Shown: piece after piece, positions 1 to 8,116 of the stretch
How the letters are laid out: every line of letters starts with the position of its first letter
How positions within the stretch are numbered: position 1 is the stretch's first letter
Assembly (NCBI GenBank): GCA_051294375.1
Contig: JBJCIZ010000313.1
Coordinates: 1-10,993, forward strand
Direction: 5' to 3'
DNA: 10,993 bases
Source: Paraspadella gotoi
Taxonomy: Eukaryota > Animalia > Chaetognatha
Notes under the pieces: model-generated
The model's database searches: none
What the model saw: the letters and a program-made list of their open reading frames with translations, nothing else
Told to the model about the DNA's origin: nothing
Made by a program: the position numbers and the translations under genes

Positions 1-27
1 GAGAGAAAGAGAGAGAGAGAAAGAGAG
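1..27. repeat. (GA)n-like microsatellite
   Basis: gagagaaagagagagagagaaagagag at the window start. Confidence 0.85.
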
Positions 28-112
28 TAACAGATAGGGAAGGATATTCTCAGATACAATAACATAGTCAAAAAGTATATTTTCTCATCTAAACTTTGCT
101 CTCACCCTAACT

Positions 113-360
113 CGCCCCTGGGGGAGCAGTTTTTTGCTCCCCAAGGGGTTACCCCCAGGGGCAGACTTTTTTTGGCCCCAGGGGGCTAAGCATTAGGGGC
201 GCCCCTAATAGACCCAAAATGTTGGCCCCAGGGGGAACCCCCCTGGGGCGGCCCCCTGAGGCAATCCAGAGGGGGCGCCCCCTCAATGACCATTTTACTG
301 CTCCCCCTGGAATAGCCTGCCCCCTGGGGCCGCCCCTAGAGCCACCCCGGGGGGCGGAGG
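113..360. repeat. GC-rich island of CCCC(N)GGGG palindromes and hairpins, possibly a non-autonomous DNA-element remnant
   Basis: Perfect palindromes ATTAGGGGCGCCCCTAAT (192-209) and GAGGGGGCGCCCCCTC (269-284); hairpins GGGGAGCA/TGCTCCCC (121-142) and GCCCCAGGGGG/CCCCCTGGGGC (225-249); direct repeat TTGGCCCCAGGGGG (172-185, 222-235). Sharp contrast with the AT-rich flanks. Element origin is inference. Confidence 0.6.
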
Positions 361-479
361 ATTTGGGAGATGACATATCTCGGATCGCTTTCGGTTTTGA
401 GTGCACATCGCTTCCTTACTTTAGAAATTTTACATTTGTTATTATTTATAAAAATACTTTCTTTAGACAATTTTTTTTA

Positions 480-980
480 TCAGTCAATCAATTAAGTAAT
501 CAATTAATTTATCAATCAACTAATTAATAAATTTATTTAACAATAAATTATTAAAAGAACTAATTAATTAATTAATCAATTAATTAATCAATCAAATAAA
601 CAATGTCAGTGTTATCATTCTCATCTCCAACGTCGTTGTTGCTTTTGTCCTGGTCAGTGACCTGACAAAAAGACCTAAAAATTAATAGGCCTGATATGAA
701 TTTATTTATTTGATCAATCAATCATTTAATTAATCATGATGGTGCTATCCTCGTTGTCATCATAATCATCATCAGGGTAGTCATTTTTTTTGTCATAATG
801 AAAAGACAAAAAAACAAACAAGTTTGAGCTAACAATGCCAGAACTGATCAGTTAATTAATTATTCAATCAATTAATCAATTATTCAATCAATCAATCAAA
901 AAATTAAGCAATCAATAAATTTGTCATCGTCGGTATTATCATTGTCACGGTTGCCATCATTAATTATTTAATTAATTAAT
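480..980. repeat. Degenerate minisatellite: AATCAATT/AATT blocks alternating with GTC/ATC/GTT triplet blocks
   Basis: AATCAATTAATT-type runs at ~480-600, 700-737, 850-920 and 960-980, separated by gtcatcgtc/gttgtt-type blocks; the same pattern resumes at ~1590-1740. Confidence 0.7.
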
Positions 981-1340
981 CTCCTTTTTCTTTGTTGTAC
1001 ATTGCAAAAATGTATCTTTATTATTTATTTATCCCTGTTGTTTTGTTTCTCTCTCTCTCTCTCTCACTCTCTGTCTCTCTTTAACAAGTTTCACTTCTTT
1101 TCACAACTCACTCAATCTGCCCTTACCTTCAACCTGTCCTCACATCTGACCACTATTCTGTCTCACCACATTGTTGGAAAAACTTTTACCCCCTCTCTCT
1201 CTCTCTCACACTCTTCTTTTACACAAATTTATTATTAAATTTCATATGCTGATGAAGGCTTGAAGTAAACAAGCTGAAACATGTCCAACTATTAATTAAA
1301 AATCGTTGTTACAAATTCAAAATTTTTTGCTTTTTTTAAA
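981..1340 (+). mobile_element. Penelope-like element (PLE) pLTR-like fragment, non-coding
   Basis: CT-rich segment ending in a minimal type I hammerhead (1244-1292), followed by ATTAAA and a T-rich tail; it interrupts the AATT minisatellite. Boundaries approximate; no RT or GIY-YIG ORF seen. Confidence 0.5.
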
Positions 1341-1790
1341 TTAATTAATTGAAATATTTTTATAATGTTTGCGGTGACTCAAAACAAAAATTTATAGAAA
1401 AATTTGAGGCCTGTTTTTTGTGATAAAACCTGGTATTATCAAAAACAGTAAAAAAGTAAAAATGATAAAAATAATAACAACAACAACTAGTATTTACATT
1501 GGCTGAGAAAAAGGTCAGCCATAACAAGATTGGGTAAAAACAGGTCATTCTTATTGACCACTACTGTACTACGGCTCACAAAGTACAAAGTCTTCGTCGT
1601 TGTTTTTGTCATTGTATTCATCGTCGTTGTCATCTTTGTTCAAATCATTTGAGCTCCCAAATGTTCGATGTTATTATTTTAATTAATATGGAATTAATTA
1701 AATAATTTATTTTTTTCAATTAATTAATCAATTAATTACTGCTAATGATAGTGGGCAAATCCGGCATTGTTTGCTCAAACTTGTTTATTA
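1110..1790 (+). repeat. Segment duplicated at 4627-5301
   Basis: Collinear match from actcaatctgccc to cttgtttatta; differences are mostly 1-2 nt indels. Confidence 0.95.
1244..1292 (+). ncRNA. Minimal type I hammerhead ribozyme (PLE-type, palindromic stem III)
   Basis: CTGATGA 1249-1255; extra A1256; stem II GGCTTG/CAAGCT (1257-1262/1270-1275); GAAA 1276-1279; palindromic ACATGT 1279-1284; GTC cleavage triplet ending at C1285; weak stem I ATATG/CA(AC)TAT. Confidence 0.8.
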
Positions 1791-1815
1791 NNNNNNNNNN
1801 NNNNNNNNNNNNNNN
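1791..1815. other. Assembly gap (25 N)
   Basis: Run of 25 N. Confidence 1.
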
Positions 1816-3890
1816 AATGAACGAGCCAACAGAAAGACTGAAAGCGTGAGATGGCAAGGAAGAAAAAGGGAAAGGGAAAGGCTATCGAAAATAAAAAGGA
1901 TGCGACGAATTTGAATTGATCGTAAATTAAAAAAAAGCGAGGAAAATATATTTATGATAAGAAAGAAGAAGAAAGAAGGCCAAGTAGAGAGGAGTTTAAT
2001 GAGAAGATCTATTAAAAAAGAGATGAGGCAAAGGAAGTGTCTAATTTGATGCGTTGAGCGTGGGCAATGATAAGACACAATGAAAAAACGTGGCGAACGG
2101 TTTCGATCGATGCCTCTCTGATTTTAATCGCCTTAAGTAATTGTTCTGAGCGCAAATTAATTGATCATGTACTTTTTGGTAATATGTGCGATATATACTA
2201 CTGGACATTACTTGTTTATCTGACATGAGACCCTTGAACCATCAACAAAAATGCTACATAGATCAAAAATAGTAAAAAGATGAAGCAATATAGCTCGAAA
2301 CCTTACAAAATTTTTAGACCAGTGCTTTTATAAAAGCAAAAAAAATATTAATATTATTAAAACAAAACTTTAGAACTGATAAACAAATAGTTAAGCCTAG
2401 GACCAAGGAGAATATTTTTTACCCCATGCATTTTCCTCAATTTATATGAATCATTATTGTTATTACATAGTTTAATTAATTCTAAAATAACAGATATGAC
2501 AAATTTCATTTTCAATTTTCTTATTGAATGGGAAGTTTTCTCTGCTGTACTTCCCCTTTGTCTAATTATTTAATATTTTTAAGGTATTTTCAAAACCTTT
2601 ATATAATTAGCTGATATTTTTGCACTTTTTATTAATTCTTTCAAAGCAAAAAACAACATTATAAAAAACATTTTAATTAATAAAAAAATACTGATTGAAT
2701 GATTTTGGAAAAAAATATTTAACTCGAGAATAATGGATTATGAGTCAGGATAAAAATTTTGCAATTCTAAAAAAATCAAAGGCCTCTAGACCTTTCTGAT
2801 TTTTTCTAGAAGGCTGATTTTTTTATTTTTTTTGATTTATTTTGATTTTCTATGCCAAAACCATTATTCTCATATAAGTGCATAGGTCGGTCAAAATTTT
2901 TTTTCCAACAATTTGAAGAGAAGTATTTACACTGTTTTTAATTAGGCTTTTTTGGGGAGATAATAAATATTAATAATTATTAGTCGAATGCGGTACATCT
3001 GAAAGTGATATTGTCTCTAAAATGACAAAAATAATTTTCTTTCAAGTTTTGAATTTTAATGTTAATATTTAAATGCGCATAGAAATAGTGAGATTACTCC
3101 TGCTTTTCCGAAATTCTTTTAACAAAGTATTTTACTTGCGTAGATTTAAAATTATTTTTTTTAAACTAACTTTGGAACAGAAAAGAAGGGTAGCAAGGTG
3201 GATGTAGTGATCAAATTAAAGCCTAATCATGGGACATCCTTCTAAAATAGGAGTTTTATTAAATAAATCATAATCTTTAACACAGGCTTTTGTTTAAATC
3301 AGATTGTTAAAAGTAATAACAGTTTTTTGCTTTAAAAATATCAGAATAATGCACTATGACATATTTTTTCTTTTTCTTTTGTAATATTTGAAGGACAAGA
3401 CTGGATATTTACATTTTGGTTTATTTTATTAAATTTTTATTCCTAAAAAGTTGGCTTATATTTCTTCAGTTAAAGTAATAAACAAGCAAGAAATTTATGA
3501 TGTTTAGCTTGATAAAATGTATTGTTTAAATATTAAAAAGAATAATACAAAAATTGTTTCAGCTGATATAAACAGTCTGGACATCTACCTTCTCTGTTCT
3601 GGTAAAAAAAAAAATCGTCATTTTTATCAATCATTCTTTTACTTGCAAACCTAAAAGCTTGACACACTGCCTGGTTTATCCATAATAAAGTTAGTTAATA
3701 CAAATTAGTATTAGCCTCGCGGGTCAAACATATTTTGAACAAAATGCAAACACAGATCCATTTGTGGTAAAATTGTATTTAGATAGTGTTCGCTTACGCT
3801 TTCCAGATCGCGTCCACATCTCTGCTTCAGACATATGGCTATTGGATTCCTGAATTCTATGGTGGACTAAAATCCACCAACTGTTCATCA

Positions 3891-3962
3891 GCAGCCATTG
3901 GTGCCGGAGGCAAGTCATTCGCCTCCCAACCCAAAGGTCCGGGGTTCTAGACCGGTGGTCGC
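3891..3962 (+). promoter_or_regulatory. tRNA-derived (Gly-CCC-like) head / internal Pol III promoter inside the LTR; not a functional tRNA
   Basis: 72 nt; acceptor-like GCAGCCA/TGGTCGC (6/7 pairs incl. one G-T); A-box-like TGGTGCCGGAGG 3899-3910; B-box-like GGTTCTAGACC 3943-3953; loop CTCCCAA with CCC at 3925-3927 in the TCGCCTCCCA context typical of eukaryotic tRNA-Gly; anticodon and T stems are degenerate. Confidence 0.75.
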
Positions 3963-3964
3963 CT

Positions 3965-4040
3965 AGCAGTTAAGAGGGACGGGGCGCTTAACCCACCTGT
4001 AACACGCTGTTACAGCCTGATCCGAAGCTCAGGGACTGCT
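3965..4040 (+). ncRNA. Twister ribozyme-like motif, type-P5 permutation (P2 and T2 degenerate in this copy)
   Basis: P5 AGCAGTT/GACTGCT (3965-3971/4034-4040); GA-CGG 3978-3982; mini-P1 GGCGCT; T^AA 3989-3991; P3 CTGTAACA/TGTTACAG (3997-4004/4008-4015); P4 CCTGA/TCAGG (4016-4020/4029-4033); L4 TCCGAAGC; T1 pseudoknot CCG(4022-4024):CGG(3980-3982). Confidence 0.72.
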
Positions 4041-4087
4041 TACATTGAACGGTTCTGTCTTTAACACAATAATTACTGTCTCTTCAT

Positions 4088-4100
4088 TGGTGAGCCCGAC
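4088..4100 (+). promoter_or_regulatory. Primer-binding site (tRNA-Trp-like)
   Basis: TGGTGAGCCCGAC one base after the LTR-terminal CA; 12/13 match to the start of the classical tRNA-Trp PBS TGGTGACCCCGAC; identical at 6341-6353. Confidence 0.75.
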
Positions 4101-4105
4101 TTCCG

Positions 4106-4463
4106 NNNNNNNNNNNNNNNNNNNNNNNNNNNNNNNNNNNNNNNNNNNNNNNNNNNNNNNNNNNNNNNNNNNNNNNNNNNNNNNNNNNNNNNNNNNNNNN
4201 NNNNNNNNNNNNNNNNNNNNNNNNNNNNNNNNNNNNNNNNNNNNNNNNNNNNNNNNNNNNNNNNNNNNNNNNNNNNNNNNNNNNNNNNNNNNNNNNNNNN
4301 NNNNNNNNNNNNNNNNNNNNNNNNNNNNNNNNNNNNNNNNNNNNNNNNNNNNNNNNNNNNNNNNNNNNNNNNNNNNNNNNNNNNNNNNNNNNNNNNNNNN
4401 NNNNNNNNNNNNNNNNNNNNNNNNNNNNNNNNNNNNNNNNNNNNNNNNNNNNNNNNNNNNNNN
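4106..4463. other. Assembly gap (358 N) covering the TRIM internal region and most of the 3' LTR
   Basis: N run between the PBS and the resumption of LTR sequence (gaagctcagggactgct). Confidence 1.
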
Positions 4464-4601
4464 GAAGCTCAGGGACTGCTTACATTGAACGGTTCTGTCT
4501 TTAGCGCATAACAATAATTACTGTCTCTTCAATTCGAAGTTTATTGTAAAATCACAACATACCTTAAGGCCTGCGATCATTCAAACAAGAATTGCATAAA
4601 G

Positions 4602-4626
4602 NNNNNNNNNNNNNNNNNNNNNNNNN
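4602..4626. other. Assembly gap (25 N)
   Basis: Run of 25 N. Confidence 1.
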
Positions 4627-5301
4627 ACTCAATCTGCCCTTACCCTTCAACCTTCCTCACATCTGACCACTATTCTGTCTCACCACATTGTTGGAAAAAC
4701 TTTACCCCCTCTCTCTCTCTCTCACATCTTCTCTTTACACAAATTTATTATTAAATTTCATATGCTGATGAATGCTTGAAGTAAACAAGCTGAACATGTC
4801 CAACTATTAATTAAAATCGTTGTACAAATTCAAAACATTTTTTGCTTCTTTAAATTAATAATTGAATATTTTATAATGTTTGCGGTGACTCAAACAAAAA
4901 TTTATAGAAAATTTGACGCTGTTTTTTGCTGATAAAACCTGGTATTATCAAAAAACAGTAATACAAAAATAAAAAATGATAAAATATAATAACAACAACA
5001 ACTAATATTTACATTGGCTGAGAAAACAGGTCAGCCATAAACAAGATTTGGTAAACAGGTCATTTATTGACTCACTACCTGTACTACGGCTCACAAAGTA
5101 ACACAAGTCTTCGTCGTTGTTTTTGTCATTGTATATCGTCGTTAGTCATCTTTTTCAAATCATTTGACTCCCAAATGTTCGATGTTATTAGTTTAATTAA
5201 TATGGAATTAATTAAATAATTTATTTTTTTCAATTAATTAATCAATAATTACTGCTAATGATAGTGGCAAATCGCGCATGTTGCTTCAAACTTGTTTATT
5301 A
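4627..5301 (+). repeat. Indel-rich second copy of 1110-1790, probably redundant long-read sequence
   Basis: Starts right after a 25-N gap, while copy 1 ends right at a 25-N gap; differences are dominated by homopolymer and single-base indels. Confidence 0.85.
4760..4807 (+). ncRNA. Second, error-bearing copy of the minimal hammerhead
   Basis: CTGATGA 4765-4771, stem II GCTTG/CAAGC, but GAA instead of GAAA before CATGTC; lies inside the duplicated segment. Confidence 0.5.
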
Positions 5302-6113
5302 ATATATTATTTATATATATTTATTTTATTTGCTTTTTTTCAGTGCAAAGGGGAAAAAAGAAAGAAGATAGAGAAGACGAGAGTGTGGTAGATGTATAAG
5401 CATAATATTATGTCAATATTGCCAATAAAACAGATCAATCCCTTTTGTTTAAACTTGTTTTGTAACATGAAAAACATTATGGATTTAAAAAAAGAGACTT
5501 TAAATTTAAAGAAAAATAATAAAATATAAGAATACAAATTTTTAATTTATATAGAATTAAAAAAAGTTTATTTAAATTATTAATTTAACTTCATTACAGT
5601 TTATTTTTCAGATATAAATATTTTTTTCCTACTCAGATTTATTTGAAATATATTAAAAAGAACAAATATGTAATTTTTTTCCATAGATTCGACCAAAAGA
5701 GGAAAGAGAATAAAAGAAAACAAAAAAATAAAAGAGAGAATAAGAAAAAGTGAATAAAAATTAGGAGCAAACCAATTTTAAATGTGAAAATAAATATAAT
5801 AACAAACAATTTTTAAAAGAAAAATCACAGAAAGAGCAGGGGGTTGCAGAAGATTTTTGATTACATTATAGATACCTCTTTCATTTCTGTACCAATTAAA
5901 AAACAAAGACCCAGGAAGCGAACACGCGCAGGGTTTTTATAGCTTCAGGTTCATCTTTATATCTTCAATTTCTTCTATTGTCTCTACTGCTGTTTCTTCA
6001 TCGGGTTCTTCAAAAATCGGCTCGCTTCCACAGTGTTCGCTTACGCTTTCCAGATCGCGTCCACATCTCTGCTTCAGACAATATGGCTATTGCGATTCTC
6101 CTGTAGCAAATTC

Positions 6114-6783
6114 TATGGTGGACCTCAAACTCTCACAACTGTTCATCAGCAGCATTGGTTGCGAGGCAAGCATTCGCCTCCAACCCAAAGGTCCGGGGTT
6201 CTAGACCGGGGTCGCTAGCAGTTAAGTAAGGGACGGGCGCTTAACCCACCTGTAAACGCTGTTACAGCCTGATCCGAAGCTCAGGGACTGCTTACATTGA
6301 ACGGCTTCTTTCTTAACACAAATAATTACTGTCTCTTCATTGGTGAGCCCGACTTCCCGAACACAACAGCAACAACAATACTTTCAGGCGACATGCCTCA
6401 ACTTGGTGACGAACTTTCCACCACAACACACCAAATCACTGAGAGACGCAAACAGAACTTCTCCCTCGATCGACTACGCGCTCGAGGGATGGTAATGGTT
6501 GGCGACTATAAATGTTTCAAGCCACAAGACCCGTTCATCAGCGCATTGAGCCATGTCTCGCGAGGCAAGTCAGTTCGATCGCCTCCCCAACCACAAGCGT
6601 CCGGAGTGTTAGCCCGGCTGCGTCGTCCATGCTGGCGAGTTAGGGTCCATGAGGCGCTTAACCACGCCTGCATCCACGCATGCTTACACCTAGATCCGAA
6701 CGACTCAGGGAACTGCTTACAGATATGCTGAACGATTCCTGTACTTTTAGCGCGAGACAATACACACTATCATCTGTCTCTCA
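6114..6783 (+). mobile_element. TRIM copy B (complete but noisy): LTR-PBS-~155 nt internal-PPT-LTR
   Basis: ATTC 6110-6113; LTR 6114-6339; PBS 6341-6353; purine-rich GAGGGATGGTAA 6484-6495; garbled 3' LTR ~6496-6783 keeping landmarks (gttcatcagc, gaggcaagtca, cgcctcccc, ggcgcttaacc, gatccgaa, tcagggaactgcttaca, ctgtctctca); ATTC 6784-6787. Confidence 0.75.
6217..6292 (+). ncRNA. Twister-like motif in the 5' LTR of copy B
   Basis: AGCAGTT...GACGG...TAACCCACCTGTAA..GTTACAG CCTGA TCCGAAGC TCAGG GACTGCT; same core as 3965-4040 with small indels. Confidence 0.6.
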
Positions 6784-6844
6784 ATTCTCGATAAAGTTTA
6801 TGGGTGAAAATCACGAACATATCTTAAAATGCTCAACTTTACCA

Positions 6845-6882
6845 CTAATTATAACTTTTGGCCAGTGATCCCAGGCCTTAAA
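6845..6882. repeat. 38-bp inverted repeat, left copy (partner 10935-10972)
   Basis: CTAATTATAACTTTTGGCCAGTGATCCCAGGCCTTAAA versus the reverse complement of 10935-10972, CTAATTATAACTTTTGGCCCGTGATCCCAGGCCATAAA: 36/38. Confidence 0.9.
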
Positions 6883-7348
6883 TGCCTTTACAATTTTACA
6901 TTGTATTAGGGATGCGCATCGTTCGAATCGAAGCTCCGATCAAGATTCCTTTATATTTCACTTCTATTCAAAACTGCATAGTCAAGGCCAAAAAAAATTA
7001 TGTCAATATTGGCAGATTTCGAAAGCTTGGCGTCTTGGGAAGCCAATGGAGGTAGAGCGCGATCAAAATTCCCATTTTATCATGCCCAAAAATGGTATTT
7101 AAATGGACTGGTCAGGCCGTTTTTCCCCTATTCCAAGAAAACCTCCTGGCTCTTGAGAAAAAAAGACCAAATCATACATATCAGTACAGTTTCCTTAAAA
7201 CCTTATAGTCTTCTCTACATGATGAAAAAAAGCAAAATTAAAATTCTTGCAATCTTAATTGATTGATAAAGCAATCAAATGAACTGGTTTTTTAGGTGAA
7301 AACTGCATAGTCAAGCCTTCATTTTTTTCAATTTTGAACACTATTGAT

Positions 7349-7601
7349 AGAAACTGTATTGATTTTACTATTCAAATCAGGTAGACTTAATTCAAAACCG
7401 TTTTCTCAATATAATGCAAAATTTTAAAAAAGTCCAATAAAATCTTATTAAAAACAAAAATCGTCGCTCAGTGTTGCTTGTGAGTCCCAAATGCTAGAAA
7501 AATATTTTTTTAAATTTTTTATATTTTTATATAATATATAAAAATATTTATAGAAATATAATTATAGTGTTAAAAATGATTTTTTTTATTCAATCCGAGA
7601 A
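7349..7601 (+). repeat. ~255-bp direct repeat, copy 1 (copy 2 at 8117-8375)
   Basis: agaaactgtattgattttactattc...ttattcaatccgagaa present twice, with a few substitutions and one short indel near aaagcgcagg. Confidence 0.95.
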
Positions 7602-8116
7602 AGATCTTTTGTCCGTGAGCGGCGACTCAGCCAGCATCGCCACTCAGTCCGATGAACTTGTAATGCTAGAACTACCTTATATAACTAATTCGTTATATTA
7701 CTATTGCATTGCTCTTTTATTAGTTTTTTTAGACAAATGAACATTTATATGTTATGATATAATCAGATGTTTTTACTTGTTGTTTCCACAAGGTCTGGAA
7801 AATGTTTTCACAATCAGTTTAAATCAAAATTAATCAACTCAAAACACCTCGTTAATAATAATTGCTTCATCATTGTTAATTAATCATTTTACATTGTACT
7901 ATTGTTACTCATATAGATATTGCAATTACTAATTAGTAAATGGAATATCTATATACTTTGATTATTTTATTAAGGTGATTTTAATCAAGAACCAAATAAG
8001 TTGGTTCAGTTCTTTTTATAAGACGTTCAATAAACATTTTAGTGCCACGAGCGTCAGCGTCAACATCAGCGCCACTTCCGGTTCCAAAAACGAAGCCATT
8101 GATTTGCGCCATCTAC

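Larger units (their letters stand above)
3858..4086 (+). repeat. 5' LTR (229 bp) of TRIM copy A
   Basis: Its 3' part is repeated at 4464-4531 and the whole at 6114-6339 and (noisily) ~6496-6783; ends in CA one base before the TGG of the PBS; starts TA rather than TG; 7-bp hairpin TGGTGGA/TCCACCA at 3860-3879. Confidence 0.85.
3858..4531 (+). mobile_element. Non-autonomous LTR retrotransposon (TRIM), copy A, with tRNA-like and twister-like modules in the LTR
   Basis: 5' LTR 3858-4086 (TA...CA), PBS 4088-4100, N gap, end of 3' LTR 4464-4531 (...TCTTCA); 4-bp TSD ATTC at 3854-3857 and 4532-4535; empty-site paralogue at 10225-10294 (-). Confidence 0.85.

Noticed and set aside
149-527. ORFs 149-406 (-) and 219-527 (+)
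   Set aside because: Pro/Gly-rich products of the GC palindromic island; no recognisable domain.
480-980. CRISPR-like repeat/spacer array
   Set aside because: Units are low-complexity, variable in length and not identical; eukaryotic context and no cas genes.
3181-3601. Possible small exons (3181-3245 KKGSKVDVVIKLKPNHGTSF*; 3563-3601 DINSLDIYLLCS)
   Set aside because: Splice-like signals are present, but the peptides are short and unrecognisable; not supportable without RNA data.
3891-3962. Functional tRNA-Gly(CCC) gene
   Set aside because: Anticodon and T stems do not pair properly, there is no terminator, and it lies inside an LTR.
4016-4033. Hammerhead core suggested by CTGA...GAA
   Set aside because: CTGATCC is not CTGANGA and there is no GAAA; the segment fits twister P4/L4 instead.
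3858-4086. Plain tRNA-derived SINE
   Set aside because: The unit starts 33 nt upstream of the tRNA head, has no A-rich tail, is followed by a PBS and occurs as a direct pair bounded by a 4-bp TSD.
4029-4514. ORFs of 161 and 147 aa
   Set aside because: Artefacts of reading through the N gap.
1244-4807. The two hammerheads as paired terminal repeats of one 3.5-kb Penelope element
   Set aside because: The second lies in a longer indel-rich duplicate bounded by gaps, and no RT ORF lies between them; most likely assembly redundancy.
6297-6868. ORFs of 144, 84 and 62 aa over TRIM copy B as possible gag/pol remnants
   Set aside because: No zinc knuckle, protease, RT or integrase motifs; they run through indel-rich non-coding LTR sequence.
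7616-7669. Helitron 3' end (GC hairpin plus CTAG)
   Set aside because: CTAG (7666-7669) is 19 nt from the hairpin and followed by A rather than T; no matching 5' end identified.
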